Assembly (NCBI GenBank): GCA_963727525.1
Contig: CAVSGO010000007.1
Coordinates: 1,984,001 to 2,048,000 of the forward strand
Reading direction: 5' to 3'
From: an uncultured bacterium
GTDB lineage: Bacteria > Krumholzibacteriota > Krumholzibacteriia > LZORAL124-64-63
DNA: 64,000 bases
Numbering within the stretch: the stretch's first letter is position 1; every line of letters begins with the position of its first letter. Under the pieces are notes generated by a model. The model did no database searches and was not told where the DNA came from. It saw nothing but the letters and a program-made list of their open reading frames with translations. This document shows, piece after piece, positions 42,778-52,466 of this stretch. The position numbers were made by a program, and so were the translations under genes.

Positions 42778-45700
42778 TGCTCATCCGCAAGGCCGTCGGG
42801 CGCCCGGTGGCCGTGATCATGGCCTTCACGGGCCTCGTGTTGCTGGGCTGGCAGGGCAAGAACCGGCTCTCCCTCGACCTGTTGCCGACGATCAACTACC
42901 CCAATCTCACGCTCATCACCAACTACGCCGACACGCCCGCCGACGATCTCGTACGCCTGGTCACGCAGCCCCTCGAGGAGCGGATCACCGGGCTCGAAGG
43001 CGTGAGGCGCGTGGTGAGCAAGACCCGCGAGGGCACGTCCACGATCACCGTGCAGTACGACTGGGGCACGGACATGGACTTCGCCAGCCTGCACCTGCGC
43101 GAGGCCGCGGACCAGGTATCCTACAGCGAGGATTTCCCGGCCGACTCCGACCGCCCGCTGATCCTGCGCTGGGACCCCTCGGCCCGTCCGATCGCCATCC
43201 TCGTGCTGGAGGGCGACGATCCCCTGCGCGAGATGACCGACTTCGCCCGTGAGGTCGTCAAACCCGCCCTCGAGCAGATCGACGGGATCAGCCAGGCGGA
43301 AGTCATCGGCGGCGCCGAGCGCGAGATCCTGGTGGAGCCCGACTTCGCGAAGCTGCGCCTGTACGGCCTGACGATCGACGACCTGGCCACGTCGCTGCGC
43401 ATCGCCAACGTGAGCTTTCCTGGCGGCCGCATCCGCAAGGGGCCACTGCATCTGCCGCTGCGCATCCTGGGCGAGTTCGAGAATCTCGACGAGATCCGCG
43501 CCACCGAGATCGCCGCCGCCGGACCCGGCATCACGATCGCCGACATCGCCAATGTCACAGACACCGTCAAGGAGCCCGAGGGCGCCACATTCCTGGGCGA
43601 TCGCGAGGTGGTGGCGCTGCATCTGTACAAGGAGGTCGGCAAGAACACGATCGAGACCACGCGCCACGTGGACGACGTGCTCGCCGTACTCCACGACCAG
43701 TACCCGGATCTGGATACGCGTTTCGTCTATCGCGACGCCGACTTCGTCGAGCAGTCGGTGACGGGTCTTCAGCAATCGCTGGTCTACGGCGGGTTGCTGG
43801 CCTTCCTGGTATTGCTGCTCGCGCTCGGCGACTGGCGCAGCCCCGTGGTGGTGGGCCTGGCGATCCCGGTGTCGATCATGACGACCTTTGCCTTCCTCGA
43901 CTTCGCGCACGTCAATCTGAACCTGATGTCCCTGGGCGGCCTCTCACTGGCGGCCGGCATGCTCGTGGACAACTCGATCGTCGTGCTCGAGAACATCAAC
44001 CGCCACCTGCGCCGGCTCGGCCGCGGCGCCAGCGCGGCGATCGTGGCCGACACCTGTGCGACCGGCGCGCAGGAGGTTGCGTCGCCGGTCATCGCCGCCA
44101 CGCTCACCACCGTGGCCGTGTTCTTCCCCGTGATCTACGTCCCGGGCATCGCCGGCGAGTTCTTCCGCGACCAGGCACTGACGGTGACGTTCTCGCTGCT
44201 CGTGTCCATCCTGGCCGCATTGATCCTGCAACCGATGCTCTCGGCGTACCTGCTTCGCCCCCGTGAGCATCCGAACCGCGTGCTGGCGCCGGCGATCGCG
44301 GTTCAGGACCGCATCTTCGAGGCCTACCACCGACGGCTGCACACCGTACTCGATCACAAGACCGTGTTCCTAGTCGTGCTCGGAATCGCTCTCGCCGCCA
44401 GCGCATTGCTCGTCCGCGACATGCGGCGCACCTTCTTGCCCGACCGCAATCGCGGCGATTTCTCCGTGCACCTCGAGCTGCCGGCCGGCACGCCCCTGGA
44501 GACCACCGATCGCGTGACGCGCGACCTCTCCGGCTGGCTGCAGACCCGCACCCACGTGGCGACAGTGTACGCACAGGTGGGCCAGACGGAGAAGACGCTC
44601 GCGAGCCTGAAGGAGTACACGGCGCCCAACGTGGCGCGGATCCGCGTGATCCTGCACCCCTCCCGTCATGGCCAGCGCGACATGGCCGGCGTGAAGGCCG
44701 CGTTGCAGCAGCGCCTCGGTGCGCTGGCCGGTGCCGTGGCGGTCTTCAACGACGAGGGCCTCGGCCTGCGGGAGATCCTGGCAAGCGGCGAGTCGCCATT
44801 CACGCTGGGCGTGGTGGCGGAGAAGCCCGAGGACGCGTTGCACGCCGTGCAGGACCTGCTCCCGAAGCTGAAGAACGTGCCGGGTCTCGTGGATCTGGAA
44901 ATGGACCGCGTGCTCGGCAACCCCACCCTCGAGGCGACGATCGACCGCGAGCTGGCGCTACGCTACGGCCTGGAGCCCGAATTCCTCGCGAATGAGCTGC
45001 GCAATCGTATTCGCGGCAACGTGGCCACCACGTACAACGAGATCGACCAGCGCATCGATATCGCCGTGCGCCTGCCGCGCGACGAGCGCTACGACCTGGA
45101 TGGCGTGCTCAACTCGCCGCTCAATCTTCCCGGCGGCAAGACGGTGACGCTGGGCACATTCATCACGCGCACGCTCGACCGCCCCGTGCGCGAGATCGTG
45201 CGCCGCGATCAGCGCCGTCAGATCACGATCTCGGGCGATGTCCAGGGGCGCGGCGTCGACGAGGTCTGGCGCGACGTCATGCCGATCCTGGACAGCGAAC
45301 CCCGCACCGCCGGCCTCTCGTTCGTCACCGGCGGCGAGCAGGAGGAGATCAACCGCAGCTTCGGCGATCTGGGCTGGGCCCTGCTGCTCTCCGCGCTGCT
45401 GGTGTACATGATCCTGGCCGCGCAGTTCGAGAGCTTCATCGACCCGCTCATCATCGCGGCCGTGCTACCCGTGGGCGTGGCGGGCGGCCTGATGACGCTG
45501 CTCGTGACGGGCAACACGCTGAACATCATCTCGCTGATCGGTTTGATCGCCTTGCTGGGAATCGCCGTGAACGACGCCATCGTGAAGGTGGCCACGATCC
45601 GGCGCCTGCGTGAGGACGAAGGCCTCGCGGTGCGCGCGGCCATTCTCGAGGCCAGCCGCTTGCGATTCCGACCCATCATGATGACCACGCTGACGACGGT

Positions 45701-45878
45701 GCTGGCCATGGTGCCGATGGCGATCGGCCTGGGCACGGGCGAGCAGATCCAGCGTCCCCTCGCGGTCACCATCATCGGCGGCTTGAGTCTCGCCACCGTG
45801 CTGACGCTGTACCTCACGCCGGTGGTGTACGAGCTGGTCCATCGCGACCGGCCCGCGCCGGAAGGAACGCAGTCGTGA
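42777..45878 (+). CDS. RND permease subunit 1 (AcrB/MdtB-like)
   Basis: RPVAV..LSLDLLP, GMLVDNSIVVLEN, AQFES, GIAVNDAI, RFRPIMMTT; TGATG coupling to MFP. Confidence 0.95.
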   Translation: MLIRKAVGRPVAVIMAFTGLVLLGWQGKNRLSLDLLPTINYPNLTLITNYADTPADDLVRLVTQPLEERITGLEGVRRVVSKTREGTSTITVQYDWGTDMDFASLHLREAADQVSYSEDFPADSDRPLILRWDPSARPIAILVLEGDDPLREMTDFAREVVKPALEQIDGISQAEVIGGAEREILVEPDFAKLRLYGLTIDDLATSLRIANVSFPGGRIRKGPLHLPLRILGEFENLDEIRATEIAAAGPGITIADIANVTDTVKEPEGATFLGDREVVALHLYKEVGKNTIETTRHVDDVLAVLHDQYPDLDTRFVYRDADFVEQSVTGLQQSLVYGGLLAFLVLLLALGDWRSPVVVGLAIPVSIMTTFAFLDFAHVNLNLMSLGGLSLAAGMLVDNSIVVLENINRHLRRLGRGASAAIVADTCATGAQEVASPVIAATLTTVAVFFPVIYVPGIAGEFFRDQALTVTFSLLVSILAALILQPMLSAYLLRPREHPNRVLAPAIAVQDRIFEAYHRRLHTVLDHKTVFLVVLGIALAASALLVRDMRRTFLPDRNRGDFSVHLELPAGTPLETTDRVTRDLSGWLQTRTHVATVYAQVGQTEKTLASLKEYTAPNVARIRVILHPSRHGQRDMAGVKAALQQRLGALAGAVAVFNDEGLGLREILASGESPFTLGVVAEKPEDALHAVQDLLPKLKNVPGLVDLEMDRVLGNPTLEATIDRELALRYGLEPEFLANELRNRIRGNVATTYNEIDQRIDIAVRLPRDERYDLDGVLNSPLNLPGGKTVTLGTFITRTLDRPVREIVRRDQRRQITISGDVQGRGVDEVWRDVMPILDSEPRTAGLSFVTGGEQEEINRSFGDLGWALLLSALLVYMILAAQFESFIDPLIIAAVLPVGVAGGLMTLLVTGNTLNIISLIGLIALLGIAVNDAIVKVATIRRLREDEGLAVRAAILEASRLRFRPIMMTTLTTVLAMVPMAIGLGTGEQIQRPLAVTIIGGLSLATVLTLYLTPVVYELVHRDRPAPEGTQS

Positions 45879-48800
45879 TCCGCTTCTGGGTCGACCATCC
45901 GGTGGCCACGTGGATGCTCTTCGCCTCGCTGCTGGTCTGCGGACTCTACGCGCTGCCGCGGCTCACGATCGAGGCCATGCCCGAGAGCGACCTGCCCAAG
46001 CTCACCATCTACACCACCTGGCCGGGCGCCTCGCCCAGCGCCATCCAGCGTTCGCTCACGCTGCCCATCGAGGAGGCCGCGGCCCAGTGCCACGGCATCC
46101 AGAAGATCGAGTCCACGTCGCGGCACGGCGAGTCGAGCGTGGAGGTCAGCTACCAGCGCGACGTCGACCTCGAGTTCGCGCGGCTGGAACTGAGCGAGCA
46201 GCTCGGCGCGGTGCGGCGCACACTGCCCGCGCGGGCGGGTCAGCCGCAGATCCGGCCCGATGTGCCCGAGCAGATCCGCGTGGACGAGTTCTTCTCCGTC
46301 AGCCTCATCTCGCCCTTGCCGCTGAACGAGCTGCGCGAGCAGGCCGATGACTGGCTGGTGCCCCGGTTCCTCGCCATTCCCGGCGTGGCCGACGCGGTGC
46401 TGCGCGGGGGCGCCCTGCCGGAGCTGAAGGTGGCGCTCGATCTCGAACTGTTGGAGCGCTACGGCCTCACGGCCGACACCGTCGCGCGTCGTCTCGATGC
46501 CCTCGATGCCGTCGTACCGGCCGGCGTGGTCCACCACGGGGGCCAGGACCTCACCGTCACGGTGCACGACTCCGTCACCGTCGCCATGCTCGAGCACACG
46601 GTGCTGACGACGGTGGGTGGACAGGCAGTCACGCTTGGCCACGTCGCCCGGGTGGAGCGTGGCTACGAGGATGTCGTCTATTTCCGGCGCATCGACGGTG
46701 ACAACGTGATCTCGCTGATCGTGACCAAGCGCAGCGGCGAGAACTCGGTAGCCGTGAGCCGGCGGCTGCGCGACGCTCTACCGACGATCGCGAAATCGGT
46801 GCCGTTCGCGGTGACCTTCGACGTGGAGCAGGACGAGGGTCAAGATCTCGAGGACAAGCTGCGCGAGCTGGTCTACCGTTCGCTGGCGATCCTCGTCCTG
46901 CTCTTCCTGCTGCTTGCCGCGGCGCTGCGTCGGGTCGTGCTCGTGGGCATCGTCATCGCGTCGATCCTCTTCGCCATCGTCGTCTGCCTGAGCCTCTTCT
47001 ACTTCTTCGGCATCTCGGTGAACTTCATCACGATCAGCGGGCTCACCATCTGCTTCGGCATGCTCCTGGACAACAGCATCCTCGTGCTTGATTCCATCCA
47101 CCGACGTCTCACGACGCGACGCCTCGGTTCGGCCCACGACGCCCTGGTCGACGGGACGCGCGAGGTGAGCTTTCCGATCATGGCCACGACACTGACCACC
47201 GTGGTCGCATTCCTTTCTTTCATCTACATGACCGGTCGCCTGGCTCTCTTCTACGTGCCGCTGGCCACGAGCGTGGGATTTGCCATGGCCGCGTCGATCT
47301 TCGTGGCTTTCTGCTGGATGCCGGTGGCCCTGCGCGGGACGGCGGAGCGGGAACGCCGCAAGCCCGCGTCGGAAGGTCTGGCGGACGAGCGCTCGGGCTG
47401 GGCGCTATTCTGGCGCTGGAGCCTGGGGACGCTGGTGCTGGCGGGACTGGCCGTGCTCGGCGCCCGTTTCGCGCCAGGGGCGTCTCGCCTGCGCGTCCTC
47501 CTGCCGTGGATCGGCGTCGCTGCCGGCATCCTCGTGGCGGTGGGCGCGTTTCTCAGCTACGTGGCCCCCCTCACCCGCCTGAACATCCGCCTCTGGCCGT
47601 TGGCAATGCTGCTCATGCTGGGCCTGTTCACTGGCGGCTGGTGGGCCTTCCAGCACAAGGTGCACAAGGGCGGCTTCTGGCAGCCGGCGAGCGAGGAGAA
47701 CCTGCGCCTGTACCTCCGGCGCCCGGTGGGCACGGACGTGGTGCTCACGAGCGAGACGATGAAGCTCTTCGAGAACGAACTGATGCCGCTGCCCGACGGC
47801 GTCCGCATGCGCGTGACGGCTTTCGAGAACTGGGCCTACATGCAGGTGGAGTTCAAGACCGACGCCGTGCGCTACTCGGCTTATCCCGTGATGTACCGCA
47901 ACAAGCTCATCGTCCTCGCCGAGGAGATGGGCGGCATGTTCATCTTCATCGGCGGCTACGGCGACCCCTATCTCAAGGGCGGGAGCGGCGGCATGATGAA
48001 CAACTCCACCATCATGCTCTCGGGCTACAACAGCAAGGAGCTGAAAGCGCTCAGCGACGGCATCGTGGAGCGGTTGAACCGCAACCGTCGCGCACGCAAC
48101 GTGCGGCTGAGCAGCGGCGCACAGTTCGAGAGCGAGGGCACAGACGAGACGGTTGTGCAGATCGATCGCGACATCCTCGCCCGGCACCGCCTCTCGGTGG
48201 CCGAGGTGAGCGGCTACCTGCAACGGTTGCTGGGCATCGACACGCCGTGGCACATGATCGTCGACGGCGAGGATACCCAGGTGCAGCTCAGCTTCGAGGG
48301 TGCCGACGACATGCAGTACGGCACCGTCCTCGGCAAGACCATGACCACCCGCCGCGGCCAGAAGGTCCGACTCGGCGATCTCGTCCGGCTGGAGACCCGT
48401 CCCGAACTCACCGCCATCACGCGCAAGGACCAGCGCTACAGCCAGCGCATCAACTGGGAGTACATCGGCACCGATCGCATGCGGCAGGCCTTCATCGCGG
48501 ACATCCTGGCCGGCCTGCAGCTCCCCTATGGCTACACGGCCGAGGACGTCTCGGGCGAGCAGATTACGCAGGAAGAGAAGGAGCAGCTCACCCGCACGCT
48601 GTGGCTCACGCTGGTCTTCATCACGATGACGCTGGCCGCCCTCATCGAGAGCTTCGCGCTGCCCCTGATGATCCTGCTCGCGGTGCCCATGGCGATGGTG
48701 GGCGTGGTGGGCATCTTCTGGGCCGCCGGCTCCACCTTCGACAGCTCGGCCCAGATCGGCCTCATCCTCATGTTCGGCATCGTGGTGAACAACGCCATCC

Positions 48801-49267
48801 TGCTCGTGAACCGTTACCGCCTGATGGTGCGCGAGGCCGTGGCCGATCACGGCCTGAGCGAAGGCGCCGAAGCCCGCGTGCCCGCGAAGGCCCGTCTCGG
48901 CGGCTTCGACCTGTGGCGTCTCGAGCCCGACGAACGACGCGGCATCCTGCGCCACGCCATCGTCGAAGGCACCCGCATCCAGATGCGCTCCATCCTCCTG
49001 ACCAGCGGCACCACGATCTTCGGCCTCCTCCCTCTCCTCTACCAGGTGGAGAAGCAGGCCGGCCAGACCAAGGATATCTGGGAGAACCTGGCCCTGGCCA
49101 GCATCGGCGGGCTCACGAGCTCCACCGTGCTCCTGCTCTCGGCCGTACCCGCGATGTACTGGGCTTTCACACGCTGGGGCTGGGGACTGGCGCGGCTGTT
49201 CCGGGGCCGCCGCGAACACGGCGGCGGACCCGTCGTCACGGAACCGGCGCCGTCGGATCTGGGCTGA
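45875..49267 (+). CDS. RND permease subunit 2, divergent with insertions
   Basis: HPVATW, GMLLDNSILVLD, LIESF..P, GIVVNNAILLV, RSILLTS; GTGA overlap with permease 1. Confidence 0.9.
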   Translation: MIRFWVDHPVATWMLFASLLVCGLYALPRLTIEAMPESDLPKLTIYTTWPGASPSAIQRSLTLPIEEAAAQCHGIQKIESTSRHGESSVEVSYQRDVDLEFARLELSEQLGAVRRTLPARAGQPQIRPDVPEQIRVDEFFSVSLISPLPLNELREQADDWLVPRFLAIPGVADAVLRGGALPELKVALDLELLERYGLTADTVARRLDALDAVVPAGVVHHGGQDLTVTVHDSVTVAMLEHTVLTTVGGQAVTLGHVARVERGYEDVVYFRRIDGDNVISLIVTKRSGENSVAVSRRLRDALPTIAKSVPFAVTFDVEQDEGQDLEDKLRELVYRSLAILVLLFLLLAAALRRVVLVGIVIASILFAIVVCLSLFYFFGISVNFITISGLTICFGMLLDNSILVLDSIHRRLTTRRLGSAHDALVDGTREVSFPIMATTLTTVVAFLSFIYMTGRLALFYVPLATSVGFAMAASIFVAFCWMPVALRGTAERERRKPASEGLADERSGWALFWRWSLGTLVLAGLAVLGARFAPGASRLRVLLPWIGVAAGILVAVGAFLSYVAPLTRLNIRLWPLAMLLMLGLFTGGWWAFQHKVHKGGFWQPASEENLRLYLRRPVGTDVVLTSETMKLFENELMPLPDGVRMRVTAFENWAYMQVEFKTDAVRYSAYPVMYRNKLIVLAEEMGGMFIFIGGYGDPYLKGGSGGMMNNSTIMLSGYNSKELKALSDGIVERLNRNRRARNVRLSSGAQFESEGTDETVVQIDRDILARHRLSVAEVSGYLQRLLGIDTPWHMIVDGEDTQVQLSFEGADDMQYGTVLGKTMTTRRGQKVRLGDLVRLETRPELTAITRKDQRYSQRINWEYIGTDRMRQAFIADILAGLQLPYGYTAEDVSGEQITQEEKEQLTRTLWLTLVFITMTLAALIESFALPLMILLAVPMAMVGVVGIFWAAGSTFDSSAQIGLILMFGIVVNNAILLVNRYRLMVREAVADHGLSEGAEARVPAKARLGGFDLWRLEPDERRGILRHAIVEGTRIQMRSILLTSGTTIFGLLPLLYQVEKQAGQTKDIWENLALASIGGLTSSTVLLLSAVPAMYWAFTRWGWGLARLFRGRREHGGGPVVTEPAPSDLG

Positions 49268-49285
49268 GCCAGAAGATCCGCACTG

Positions 49286-49735
49286 TCATCCCTTGCGGAT
49301 CCCGTTCACCATCTCGTCGAGTTTCTGCAGGAAGAGCGAGCGGTCGCGCTTCGCGAATGGTGGCGGGCCGCTCATCATCTGGCCCTGGTCACGAAGCTGC
49401 GAGAGCAGATGACGCGTGGCCAGCGAGTCGCCCACGTTTTCGGGCGTGAATGGTCGTCCCTTGTGGCCGAGCACGCGCGCACCCCGGTCGAGGCACCGGG
49501 CCGCGAGGGGGATGTCGCCGGTGACGACGATATCATCGGTTTCCACCGTGGCGACGATCCAGTCGTCGGCCGCGTCGGGTCCCTGGTCCACGACCACCAG
49601 CGTCACCCACTCGCCGCCAGGCACTCGCATATAACTATTCGCCACGAGGATGACACGCAGACGATACCGCTGCGCCACGCGGTAGATCTCGTCCTTCACG
49701 GGACAGGCATCAGCGTCGACGTAGATATCGAGCAT
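49286..49735 (-). CDS. yaiI: YaiI/YqxD (UPF0178) family protein
   Basis: IYVDADACPVK, DAADDWI, D.VVT.DIPLA, GPPPF..RDR. Confidence 0.9.
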   Translation of the reverse strand: MLDIYVDADACPVKDEIYRVAQRYRLRVILVANSYMRVPGGEWVTLVVVDQGPDAADDWIVATVETDDIVVTGDIPLAARCLDRGARVLGHKGRPFTPENVGDSLATRHLLSQLRDQGQMMSGPPPFAKRDRSLFLQKLDEMVNGIRKG

Positions 49736-49961
49736 GGTGGGTCTCCGCGGGTGAGCGAGAAGCCGATGACGATCCGGCTCCGCGACTGCCATGGCCTCGC
49801 GCCAGGATCGTCACCTCATGGTTCGCCCCGTCGTCACCGGTCGAGGGACCACACGGAACGATGCGTGGCGCTGGCACCCCGCCATGGTATCATCGCGGCC
49901 GGGAGTATTCCAGGCGGACGATCCGCCCTGCCACGCACCTCTACAGAAATCGTTGCGGGTC

Positions 49962-51110
49962 ATGTCACAGGAACGGCTCGTCGCACTGCGCCACGCGTGC
50001 CACGCCCAGCCCGAACTCTCCGGCCACGAGGCCGAGACGGCGGCGCGGGTGCGGGCCTTTCTCGCTGCATATGCACCGGCGGAGATCCTCGACGGCCTGG
50101 GCGGGGGCCACGGCCTGGCCGCGGTCTTCGCGGGCGACGATCCGGCCGGCGGCCCCACGATCGTGCTGCGCGCGGAGCTGGATGCGTTGCCGATCCAGGA
50201 GATCGGTCGTACGGCGTACCGGTCCAATCGAACCGGCGTGGCACATCTCTGCGGGCACGACGGCCACCTCGCCATCCTCTGCGGCGTGGCACCGTGGCTG
50301 CGCGCCCATGAGTTGCGGCGCGGACGGGTGGTATTGCTCGCCCAGCCGGCAGAGGAGACGGGCGAGGGGGCACGCGCCGTGGCTGCTGATCCGCGCTTCC
50401 AGGCCCTGGACGCCGACTGGGCCTTCGCCCTGCACAACCTGCCCGGCTATCCGCTGGGGACGGTGCTGGTGCGCGACGGCGCGTTCACGGCCGGCAGCGT
50501 GGGCGTTGCCATCCGGCTCATGGGTCGCACGGCGCACGCGGCCTATCCCGAGCAGGGAACAAGCCCGGCGCGCGCCATGACCGACCTTGTCACTGGCCTG
50601 GTGACGTTGCCCATCGCCCGGGAAGCGCGCGGCGAACTGGCGCTGGTCACGGTGGTACACGCGCGCCTCGGTGAGGTGACCTTCGGCACCAGTCCGGGCG
50701 AGGCCGAGGTCATGGCCACGTTACGGGCCGATCACGAGCCGGTGCTGGCCGGTCTGCGCGACGAGGCCGCCGCCCTCGCTCACCGCATCGCCGCACGGGA
50801 TGGTCTCGCGGTCGCTGTCGAGTGGGTGGAAGAGTTTCCGGTGACGGTGAACGACGCGCGGGCGACAGCGCACATCGTGGCCGCGGCCGGCGCTGCCGGC
50901 CTCTCCCTGGGCTCACCGAAAGAAAGCCCGTTCCGCTGGTCCGAGGATTTCGGCTGGTTCACCCGCACCATTCCCGGCGCGATGATCGGCCTCGGCGCCG
51001 GCGTGGATCATCCGCCGCTTCACGCGCCGGATTTCGACTTTCCTGACGCGCTCATCGCGCAGGGCGTGCGGCTGTGGGGGGCGCTGATCGCGCAGGTGTG
51101 TTGCTCGTGA
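49962..51110 (+). CDS. M20-family amidohydrolase
   Basis: H..PELSG.E..T, LRAELDALP, HLCGHDGH, QPAEETG, SEDF, LH.PDFDF. Confidence 0.92.
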   Translation: MSQERLVALRHACHAQPELSGHEAETAARVRAFLAAYAPAEILDGLGGGHGLAAVFAGDDPAGGPTIVLRAELDALPIQEIGRTAYRSNRTGVAHLCGHDGHLAILCGVAPWLRAHELRRGRVVLLAQPAEETGEGARAVAADPRFQALDADWAFALHNLPGYPLGTVLVRDGAFTAGSVGVAIRLMGRTAHAAYPEQGTSPARAMTDLVTGLVTLPIAREARGELALVTVVHARLGEVTFGTSPGEAEVMATLRADHEPVLAGLRDEAAALAHRIAARDGLAVAVEWVEEFPVTVNDARATAHIVAAAGAAGLSLGSPKESPFRWSEDFGWFTRTIPGAMIGLGAGVDHPPLHAPDFDFPDALIAQGVRLWGALIAQVCCS

Positions 51111-51117
51111 TGGCGGG

Positions 51118-51744
51118 CTAGCGCCAGGCGCGCACCAGAGAGACCACGCCGCCGAGGGAGAGCAGAATGCCCAGGACGTGCAGAACGCGGTCGAGCAACC
51201 GCGCGCTGACCTTCGTACGAAACATGATGAGCAGCTTCAGCGCCAGGGCGTACCAGGCAACGATACCGAGGGCGACCCCCAGCGCGAACGCCGGTGGCGA
51301 GACGTGGGGATCGAGTCCGAACGTCATGGCCACCGTCAGCAACGCGAGCCAGTTCACCGGGATGGCGAGGTTGACCGCCACGAGCGTGGCTCCCACCCGG
51401 AACTCGTCGCGCAGACGGCGCGCCGGGGCGGTCGCCGCGGTTTCGCCGCCCAGCAAGGTGGTGTGGCGCGTCAGGAAGTACAGTCCCAGCGCCACGAGGA
51501 GCACGCCGCCCAGCGTCCGCGCGACGATGGCGACGGTGGGCCAGCGCATGAGGACACGCGCCGCCCCCTCGATCACGACCAGGCACCACGCCCCCTCGGC
51601 CACGGCTGCGCCGACGGCAAGGGCCAGACCGTTGCCATACCGACCCGCCAGCCCGCGCTGGCATACGAACACCGACACCGCGCCGGCGATGGGCATCGAC
51701 CCCAGCCAGCCCAGCATGACACCGGTCAGCAGGGTCGTCAGCAT
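51118..51744 (-). CDS. LysE/RhtB-family translocator
   Basis: Six hydrophobic segments; G..LG....P.AG.V...V....L..GY..GL....G; F..G......N; overlaps the upstream nucleotidyltransferase by 7 nt. Confidence 0.8.
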   Translation of the reverse strand: MLTTLLTGVMLGWLGSMPIAGAVSVFVCQRGLAGRYGNGLALAVGAAVAEGAWCLVVIEGAARVLMRWPTVAIVARTLGGVLLVALGLYFLTRHTTLLGGETAATAPARRLRDEFRVGATLVAVNLAIPVNWLALLTVAMTFGLDPHVSPPAFALGVALGIVAWYALALKLLIMFRTKVSARLLDRVLHVLGILLSLGGVVSLVRAWR

Positions 51745-52466
51745 GGTGTGGTGAACTCGCGGCGCGCGGCCTCGAGATCTGCGGCCGTGTCGACCTCGCG
51801 ACAGGCCAGCCCCGCCAGGTCGATGGGCGTCACGCCGTGGCCGGACCGGATCAGTTCAACGAAGGCCGCCTCGTAGTACTCGTTCACGCGCTGTTCCTCC
51901 TGCAGACGCCGGCGCAGCACCGGGAACAGATCCGCCACGAAGGCGGGGCCGAAGACCTCGATTCCCACCGACTCCCCCGCGGCGACGACCGGGTCCATCG
52001 CCTTCGAGAGGTCGGCCACCCGACCGTCCGGGCCGAGCCGCACCTTCATCTCCTCCGCCCCGACGGCCCCCTCCGTGCGCAACCCGAGGCGGTTCGCGGC
52101 GGGGTGTGCCAGGAGTCGGTCGATGACGCCCGCGTCGAACACGATGTCGCCGTCGAGGAGCATCATCCCCTCATCCGGCGCGCCGTCGGCGAGCATGAGC
52201 GACCAGGCGTTGTTCGTGGAGGCGAACACGGCATTGCGTGCAAAGGTGACGGCGAGGCGTGGGAAAGCGGCGGCCACGGCATCACGGATCATCGCGCCGC
52301 GATAACCGTCGACGATGGTGAACCGCGTCAGCCCGCGCGAGACGAGGATGCGCAGCGCCCGCAGCAGGATCGCCTCGCCACCGACGTCGAGAAGGCACTT
52401 GGGCCGGTCGTCAGTCAGAGGACGCAGGCGTGTCGCCTGCCCGGCGGCCAGCAGCACGACTCGCAT
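51738..52466 (-). CDS. LicC-like phosphocholine/phospho-amino-alcohol cytidylyltransferase (NTP_transferase)
   Basis: LLAAGQATRLRPLTDDRPKCLL, GY, N..F..TNN..SL, DGD, EEMKV, GES.GI, YYE, EVDT..DL. Confidence 0.85.
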   Translation of the reverse strand: MRVVLLAAGQATRLRPLTDDRPKCLLDVGGEAILLRALRILVSRGLTRFTIVDGYRGAMIRDAVAAAFPRLAVTFARNAVFASTNNAWSLMLADGAPDEGMMLLDGDIVFDAGVIDRLLAHPAANRLGLRTEGAVGAEEMKVRLGPDGRVADLSKAMDPVVAAGESVGIEVFGPAFVADLFPVLRRRLQEEQRVNEYYEAAFVELIRSGHGVTPIDLAGLACREVDTAADLEAARREFTTPC

